Positions 60,322 through 64,000 of a stretch of 64,000 nucleotides of DNA are shown in pieces. Position numbers and translations under genes: made by a program. The first letter of the stretch is position 1. The number at the start of each line of letters is the position of its first letter. Origin of the DNA: Octopus sinensis. Lineage: Eukaryota. The notes below the pieces were generated by a model. It made no database searches. It saw nothing but the letters and a program-made list of their open reading frames with translations, and was not told the origin of the DNA. The stretch covers positions 28,644,001-28,708,000 of the forward strand of contig NC_043007.1 in the NCBI RefSeq assembly GCF_006345805.1, written 5' to 3'.

Positions 60322-62135
60322 ATCATCATCACCATCGTTTAACATCCGTTTTCCTTGCTGGCATGGGTTGGACGGTTCGACTGGGGGTCTGGGAAGCCAG
60401 GAGGCTGCACCAGGCTCCAATCTGATCTGGTAGTGTTTTCTACAGCTGGATGTCTTTCCTAATGCCAACCACTCAGAGTGTAGTGGGTGCTTTTTAGGGG
60501 CCAGAGGGGGCTGGCATTGACCACGTTCAGATGGTGCTTTTCACGTGTCAGCGGTACAGGAGCCAGTCGAGGTGAGGGGGCTGGCATTGACCACGTATGG
60601 ATGGTGCTTTTTACATGCCACTGGCAACAGGGAGCTAGACAGGTAGCACTGGCATCAGCCACAACTACAATTTCCATTTGATTGTGGTTTGATTTGATGT
60701 TGATGTTCTTCATTCAATAGGTCTCCCCAAGCACAGCATGTCACCCTACAATCGAAAGGTACTTTTGTTAAGTGGGCTGGTTATGCGACACTGGCATAGG
60801 CTACAGCTGTGGTCTCACTTAATTTGTCAGGTCTTCTCAGTCACAGCATATCTCCAGAGGTCTCACTCTTTTGTCATTGCCTCTGTGACGCCCAGCATTC
60901 AAATGTCATGCTTCACCACCTCATCCTATGTCTTCCTGGGTCTCCCTCTGCCACGGGTTCCTTCAACTGTTTGGGAGTGGCACTTCTTCACATAGCTCTC
61001 CTCATCCATCCTTAGTACTTGACCACACCAGCACAGACGTATCTCTTGCATGCCACACCCAATACATCTTATGTCCAACATTTCTCTCAGGGTGCTTACA
61101 CTCTGTCATGTGTGCACACTGACATTACACATCCAGCGGATCATGCTAGCTTCATTTCTTTCAAGCCTACATGTCTTCAGCAGTCATCGCCCATGTTTCA
61201 CTGCTGTAAAGCATGGCAGTTTGCACACATGCATCATACAATCTACCTTTCACACTGAGCGGGAGACCCTTTGTCACCAGTTGGGGTAGAAGCTTTCTGA
61301 ATTTTGCACAGGCAATACTTATTCTAGTAGTAACACTCTCTGAGCATCCACCTCCACTACAGACTTGGTCACCTAGGTAGTGGAAGCTATCAACAACTTC
61401 TAGTTTCTCACCCTGGCATGTGATGGAATCTGTTTCCTGAGTATCTGTGGTGTTTATTGCCCCTCTGCATCTGCCACACATGAAAGTTATCTTCCAGGTA
61501 AATCTTCCTTTGATGTTGCTGCACCTCTTATATGTCCATAGCTTACACTGGGTTCATCTTATGGAGTTTCTACCTACACCTTTTCTACAGACCGAGCAGG
61601 GCCATGCACCTGAAGAGATGTGTGATGTGTTCGCCTTCCTACTTACTAGGACTTTGGTTTTTGTGACATTGGCTCTAAGGCCTTTCACTTCTAAACCTTG
61701 CTTCCACATCTGAAATTTCTTCTCTAGTTCTGTTAGTGATTCTGCTATGAGGGCCAAGTCATCTGCGTAGAGGAGCTCCCAGGGGCAACCTATCTTGAAT
61801 TCCTCTGTTATTGCCTGAAGGACTATGATGAATAAAAGGGGGCTGAGGGTTGATCCTTGGTAGACCCCTACTTCTACCCGGAATTCTTCACTATACTCAT
61901 TGCCAACCCTAACCTTACTAATGACATCCCTGTATAGGGCCTATACAGCCCTTATTAACCATTTGTCAATCTCTAGTTTCTGCATCACTCACCAGATAAG
62001 GGATTGGGAGACCTTGTCAAAGGCATTCTCCAAGTCCATAAAAGCCAAGTATAGAGGTTCATCTTTGGTTAGGTAATTCTCCTGCAGTTGCCGTACCAGG
62101 AATATAGCATCAATAGTGCTTCTACCTGGGACCAA
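60322..62135 (-). mobile_element. RTE-clade LINE, 5'-truncated (RT, PHD-like finger, 3' UTR and CAT tail); same family as 43740-46499
   Basis: Minus-strand PGRSTIDAIF, YQGSTLSPLLF, YADDLAL, WPCSVCRKGVGRNSIR and YLGDQV; in-frame stops present. Confidence 0.93.
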
Positions 62136-62259
62136 TGCTGCTCAGGTCCATTTTGCCTATCTTCCTTTCCAGGTCCATAAAAAAGTACCAGTTGAGTAGT
62201 AGTGGGACAGGGTCGATGGAATCAAGTTATCTCCTGGCATTGTGCCCAAAATTAGAAGC

Positions 62260-62295
<36 letters not shown>

Positions 62296-64000
62296 GGTGA
62301 GCTGGCAGAATCTTTGGCACATCAGACAAAATGGTCCTCTTTATGTTCTGAGCTCAACTATTACCAGGTCACCTTCGCCTGTCATCCTTTCAGAGTCCAT
62401 AAAATAAAGTGCTAGACAAGTGCTGTGCCAAAATTTGACACTGCTATTGTTGCTGTCATTCAAAAATATCAAGTTTTCTTTGTGTTGTCTAAATTCAAAG
62501 TCCATCAATATGGTATGTGGGAGAATCTAGTATAATGTAGTCTGATGATGGCTAAATTCAATGTTGGTTTATCTCCCATATATTCACACCATGTATGGAT
62601 TGCTTATGGAATCGGGTTTATGTGAGACTAATAGATCCTGCTTTCTTTTTGTTTTTTAAAGAAATGATTTGGTATCTCTGTTATTGCAGTGTTTTATTTA
62701 ATATTTTGTATATTTTCCTATTGTGAGATTAGTTAGAAAGGATGTAGAGATTTGACAAAAATACCTTGTGGTATTTATTGCCATTTATGTTCTGAGGTGA
62801 AATCCTGCTGAGGTTATCTTTGCCTTTCACATTTCCGTGTTAAAACACCAGCCAGACACTAGAATTGATTTAATCAATCATAGATCAGAAATGAGCATTA
62901 GTTCAAAACTTGTCACTTTTGTTTTATTTTCTACATATTACAAATTTTGCTCAACTCCAGCCATAATATTAACAACCAGCCCACCCATATGGCCACGTTC
63001 ACATTTAAATATAAATCTATTTACATTATCACTGGTGACATGGGATTTTAATTCATTATGACACAGCTAGTTTACTAAATCCTAATTAAAACAAGCAATC
63101 AACTCCTCATTAGATGGCTAAATGTCAATGATTTAACTATCTTTCTGCTATGGCTACTATTTCACACCAGTTACTTGGTCTTTTAATTTCATTTTTCGAT
63201 CTCCCAGAATTTCATTGGTTGTCCCTTACATAAATACTTTCTGAAGCTGTCCACCTATGATGGACATCTGTCTTAAAAATAAACACTATATTCTCACACT
63301 TGTAACTGTTATTAGTACCTTTTTATTTTCTGATTATTTTGGGGAGAATTATTACTTGGTGGTTATTTTATATAAAATAATATTTAGTGGGTGGGAGGGA
63401 AGCTGAATGTAATTAGCAAACTAATATTTCAGATTGTTTATTTACATCTCTCCACCAGTATCATATGATACTCCTTATGACATCACATGATACACCTTAT
63501 ATCACATGACCATATCAGTACAGTTGCTTCTCAGCTGATGTCTGAAGAGATGACCAAAAGTGGATGCTGGTTGTTAGAAGTGGGACAAAATATAACATGT
63601 CATATTGCATATGTCATAACTCATGGTAGAACAAATTTCTCAAGACTTCATTTTTTGAACACAAATTTTACATTTTTCCGAATGGTCCTCAGATGTTTTT
63701 TTCAATAAACATCTGCAACAGACTGTCTTTTGTATGTGTGACTGAAGTTGCCCTCATCATCTGTTGACATCCATCTTCCATGCTGACATAGGCTGGACAG
63801 TTTGACAGGATGTAATGGGTCCAACGGCTGCATCGTGTTCCAATATCTGTTTTGACATAGTTTCTACAGCTGGATGTCCTCAATGCCAACCATTTTAGTG
63901 TGGCTTGGGTGCTTTTTTGTGACTTAAGTACAAGCGAGGTCACTATGCCCTTGCAAGACTAAGATCCCCTTTGAGTGAGTGGGGCTACATCTTTATGCTA

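Larger units (their letters stand above)
7888..63930. repeat. Dispersed RTE 3'-tail repeat family ending in TTAAATGATGATGA: + copies ~7888-7993, 24016-24335, 34975-35125, 42555-42760, 47590-48035, 54850-55283; - copies ~8392-8590, 10878-11113, 11576-11670, 12133-12395, 14025-14200, 22601-22680, 24440-24500, 55811-56125, 63745-63930
   Basis: All copies share CATCATC..TTTAACGTCCGTTTTCCATGCT.GCATGGGTTGGA. The same sequence forms the 3' end of the RTE ORF copy at 60322-62135. Confidence 0.85.

Noticed and set aside
41578-64000. Caprin exon 2 (expected xKLDxY...LNxDQ)
   Set aside because: No matching phase-0 exon was found by eye. It is probably beyond the window or hidden in the gap.

Overview
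This is AT-rich animal DNA, most likely a coleoid cephalopod such as Octopus (inferred from the repeat families and the giant TA/TG microsatellites). It holds two host genes on the + strand. The first is a complete 12-coding-exon V-ATPase V1 subunit C gene (ATG 3915 to TGA 26981, 385 aa, all introns GT-AG, frame checked across every junction). The second is the first coding exon of a Caprin-family gene (41467-41577), whose first intron runs past the end of the window. The rest is mostly transposon debris: RTE, CR1-group, R4/Dong-like and CRE-like LINE fragments, tRNA-derived SINEs, Tc1 and Tigger/pogo relics, a Helitron/Helentron-type non-autonomous element, MITEs and several kb of microsatellite. 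Nearly all other ORFs in the supplied track are spurious. The best lead is a set of minimal type I hammerhead-ribozyme motifs with palindromic stem III (Penelope/retrozyme style) lying next to TA tracts. It includes a ~525-bp non-coding foldback element (56181-56704) with one hammerhead in each inverted arm. Other leads are a Tc1 transposase with a 116-nt spliceosomal intron and 160-bp TIRs that overlap its own stop codon, a PHD-type finger inside RTE ORF2, inverted RTE tails flanking V-ATPase exons, and a CpG-rich YY1-containing island inside the Caprin intron. All coordinates were read by eye. Repeat boundaries are approximate, and no database search or folding was run.
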